Assembly: GCA_965649825.1 (NCBI GenBank)
Contig: OZ287702.1
Location: forward strand, 858,786 to 922,785
Source of the DNA: Penicillus capitatus
Lineage: Eukaryota > Plantae > Chlorophyta
Direction: 5' to 3'
Length of the DNA stretch: 64,000 nucleotides
Shown here: positions 61,024-64,000 of the stretch, piece by piece
How positions within the stretch are numbered: position 1 is the first letter of the stretch
Layout: each line of letters begins with the position of its first letter
Translations under genes and position numbers: made by a program
The notes under the pieces: generated by a model
Databases searched by the model: none
What the model saw: the letters and a program-made list of their open reading frames with translations, nothing else
What the model was told of the DNA's origin: nothing

Positions 61024-63705
61024 TCAATTTTCGTTCTTTTCGAACGAAGATGCCTTCATGAACAGCCCACAATCCTTCGGGCACGAGAAATAAGAAATCC
61101 CACCGACCGTGCCGTCAGATGACCCCGACGGCGCGTCCAACTCCAGACCAACCCAATCCCCCGTACCGAACGCCACTGGGCCATAATACCTTACGATGGC
61201 ATGTTTTGGATTTGAAGAGCCGACAATCACACGATCTCCCGTGCACAGATTTAACTGTGTCGGTGAAGAATCCGGTGTTTCATTTCCCTACAGTCGACGC
61301 AGCAGATAGATGGAGTCCAAGACGATGCATGCATCATGCCTCACCTGTGATAAACACTGCCTAGCAGTCTGATTGAGGACATGCCCAAGCTCGTGCCACC
61401 GACCCCGTACATAGAGCTTTGAGCACAGGGCCAAAACCTGTTCCAATGAATCAAGACGTTTCTGTCCATCGACGCCCAGCGAACCAGAAACGTAAGAGCT
61501 GAGCCTTGGGTCCAACTGCGACGGACTCTCTCCCCAGAACGATTGTGTCGCCTGCGGATCTGGATGACTGGATAGACTGTGAGGAGACTCTTGGGTGTTT
61601 TCGCGTCGGGGAGAGGCAATGCAGTACACATCTGCAGTAGGAACTGGCAAAGACTGCCACAAAAGCGACTCACCTTCTTCACAGCTTCCTTCCGGAATAG
61701 CTTCCAGTGCATCGCATCTCTTGCCATCGATAAAGGCGGACATGTGAGATGGATGGCACCAATGGTTTGATGGAAAATACGAATCGGCAGCTTCGACATC
61801 TTTATCCAGTTGCTTAACGTCTACGCGATCGACTTTGTAAGGCACATCCTCGTGTGGGTTCGCCTCTGAACTGCGGCACTGATCTCTTTCTTCCTTTATT
61901 CTAGCATTCTTTTCTGCATCCTGATGTGATGGCGGTCGCTCTGAACAACAGGCATCTACATCCACGGGATCCTTTGCCACGTCAATGGAACTGCTCGATC
62001 GTTCTGGATCTGATTCACTGCGGTCGTCTGCAGCAATAGAAGATCCCTCGGGATCAATCACTTCCTCTTTCGCATAGACAGGTGTGTGTGTCGTCCTATC
62101 GCCTACCAATTTGTCTTGGACTTTGATCTTGTCCACCGAACCTACAACTGGTGAGACCACTACTCCCTCGTCATCAAACTTCTCTTCACTATCCTTCTCC
62201 ATTTCGTCATCTGGAGTCGTAAGTGGAAGAACGATTCCCTCTTCATCGTCGTCGTCATCGTCTTCTTTTGCGCTGGGCTTTGAGGTAAGGATGTTTGGTT
62301 GATCGGACACGCTTTCTTCGGTGACTGTTTTCTGAGAAGATGGGCTCTCGGATTCGTGTCGTGGAGGTTCTTCATCTTCATCGTGTTCATCGCTCTCCTG
62401 ACCACTCATTTCATCGCTTTTCAGAGGCTCCTGCACACGATGCTCTTCTTCGTTCTGGTTATCTGATTCCTTATGTGTATCCGAATCTCGGAAACTCCGC
62501 TCTGAATGACTTAAACCAAATTGCGGTTTCCAGTACTCAGGTATCTCATCCATCAAATCTGTATAGCACTGTACATACACACACAGAAGGCATCGTTGAT
62601 GATGAGGTATGGTTTGTGGTGGTGGTGGTACGAAATGTTTGTTGATCTGTTTGGCTCTTTTGCATGCCTTCAGCACAGCATCCCGCATACATGGAGCATT
62701 GATTAAATCCGAGACAGTGGGCCGTTTGCTGGCAGACTTTCTCAACATACTGCAAGGCACATACTCGACATGCGGGTCCTTGACCGATCAGCTTTACCTT
62801 TTAATTATTGTTCGCCATTCTGCCGAGTATTGCGACGGCAATGGTGCCAGACTAGCTTTTCGGATCTTGTGAATTAAACCATGCATGTTGAACGCATTGA
62901 AAGCAGGTTTTAAGGCTGTCAATTCATACATGACGCAACCCAAGCTCCAAATGTCTGTGCCAAATCCATATCGTTGTTTCGAGAGCAGTTCGGGCGACAT
63001 GTAATGGGGTGTCCCCACAACAGAGTAGTCAGGATCTGCTGATTTGCCATCACGGATGGTCGCCAGACCAAAATCGCCGATCTGAATGTCGTAGTCCCGG
63101 GTCAAGAATAGATTGCTGCTCTTGATGTCTCGGTGAAGTACTCCCGCATGGTGAATATACTCCATCCCGAGCAAAGCCTGAGCTAACCACATCTTCAAAC
63201 GATCTTCAGAGAAGTGGCCCTAGCGTCCACGCACGGGCATCGTTTCAAAGACTAGGGTTTTTGGCACTGTACTTTGTGCGAATGCAGCAAGCTTCCCAAA
63301 TCACCATTGCGACAATAGCCATATACGATATTTATCGTATGCCCTCTATCCACCCATCCCTCAACAAAGGGCACGACAAATGGATGATCCAGTGAAGAAA
63401 CCTATCTCAACAATAACGACGGTAGGACCCCTCGTGATGCTAGAATGAACGCACGAGCTGCAATTCTTGAAACGAAGATCTTCTTTGCCATTCAGACAAT
63501 CGCGCCAGTCTTATTCGCTTCAGTACATATCTGTGTCACACGATGTTTTGAGAACCGTTTGATGGCTGTGTGTTCACTTCTTCTTGGTTTCCTTGTTGAT
63601 GACGACATTAGCTGCACCAAAAGAGCCTTTACCAATCTGCTCAGCTATCAAGTATTTGTCCGCGCGAGACGAGGAAGAAGAGGAGGGCATTGTTTGACTC
63701 GACAT
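61024..63705 (-). CDS. Plant-type NIMA-related kinase (NEK) with acidic linker, NEK C-terminal motif and C-terminal CAP-Gly domain
   Basis: YLIAEQIGKGSFG..YVLKRIRLAR, LHRDIKSSNLFL, IGDFGLA, VVGTPHYMSPELL, DIWSLGC; LDSLEQVLALCSKL..HELGHVL; GDRVIVG..VRYYGPVAFGTGDWVGLELDAPSGSSDGTVGGISYFSC. Confidence 0.9.
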
Positions 63706-64000
63706 AGAAAACAGCGGAGCCAGACAGTACGGTTCCAAAAAGAATTGAACGGAGAGGCTTTCTCAGGGACTGAGCAAAAAAAGTCGATGACACCCAATTT
63801 TTTACGTCGACTTTGTCTTCACGCATACAGAGATAGAGCGAAGCCTGTGGATGTAAAAATAGTCCGCGTCGATGTTGACGGTTTAATTTTTGCCTGCTCG
63901 GTTAACCCTGCCTTGATACATGGCAGATAATGCAGCATTAGGGGGCACGATCGACGGTTAGCGAACAGTCGGAGCACTTATCACGCTCCATGCACCATGG

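Overview
Gene-dense eukaryotic nuclear DNA in the standard genetic code. Introns are short (about 45-55 nt) and intergenic spacers often under 100 bp. The gene content (plant-type NEK, organellar GatC/ArgC/GUF1, ciliary CEP290/IFT81-like/katanin) points to a compact, flagellate-stage green alga; this is inference and the species cannot be named. Bases 1-5.2 kb are a decayed minus-strand Ty3/Gypsy LTR-retrotransposon relic with two minisatellites. About 24 spliced genes follow. Highlights: (i) an animal-type ALKBH5 dioxygenase domain spliced in frame to NSD-type PHD fingers; (ii) an intron-containing bacterial-type ADP-forming acyl-CoA synthetase-GNAT fusion that retains both catalytic histidines; (iii) gatC and mitochondrial bL32 only 14 nt apart on the same strand, a candidate bicistron; (iv) at least six GC-AG introns; (v) a NEK kinase with a C-terminal CAP-Gly domain; (vi) a 1.79-kb inverted copy of the STK19-SENP8-PP2C(5') block inserted 49 kb away, inside a tandem duplication of DUF2358/QNG1, with microhomology junctions and a templated 28-nt insert. 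All exon structures were inferred by eye and family calls come from recalled motifs; no database searches were run.
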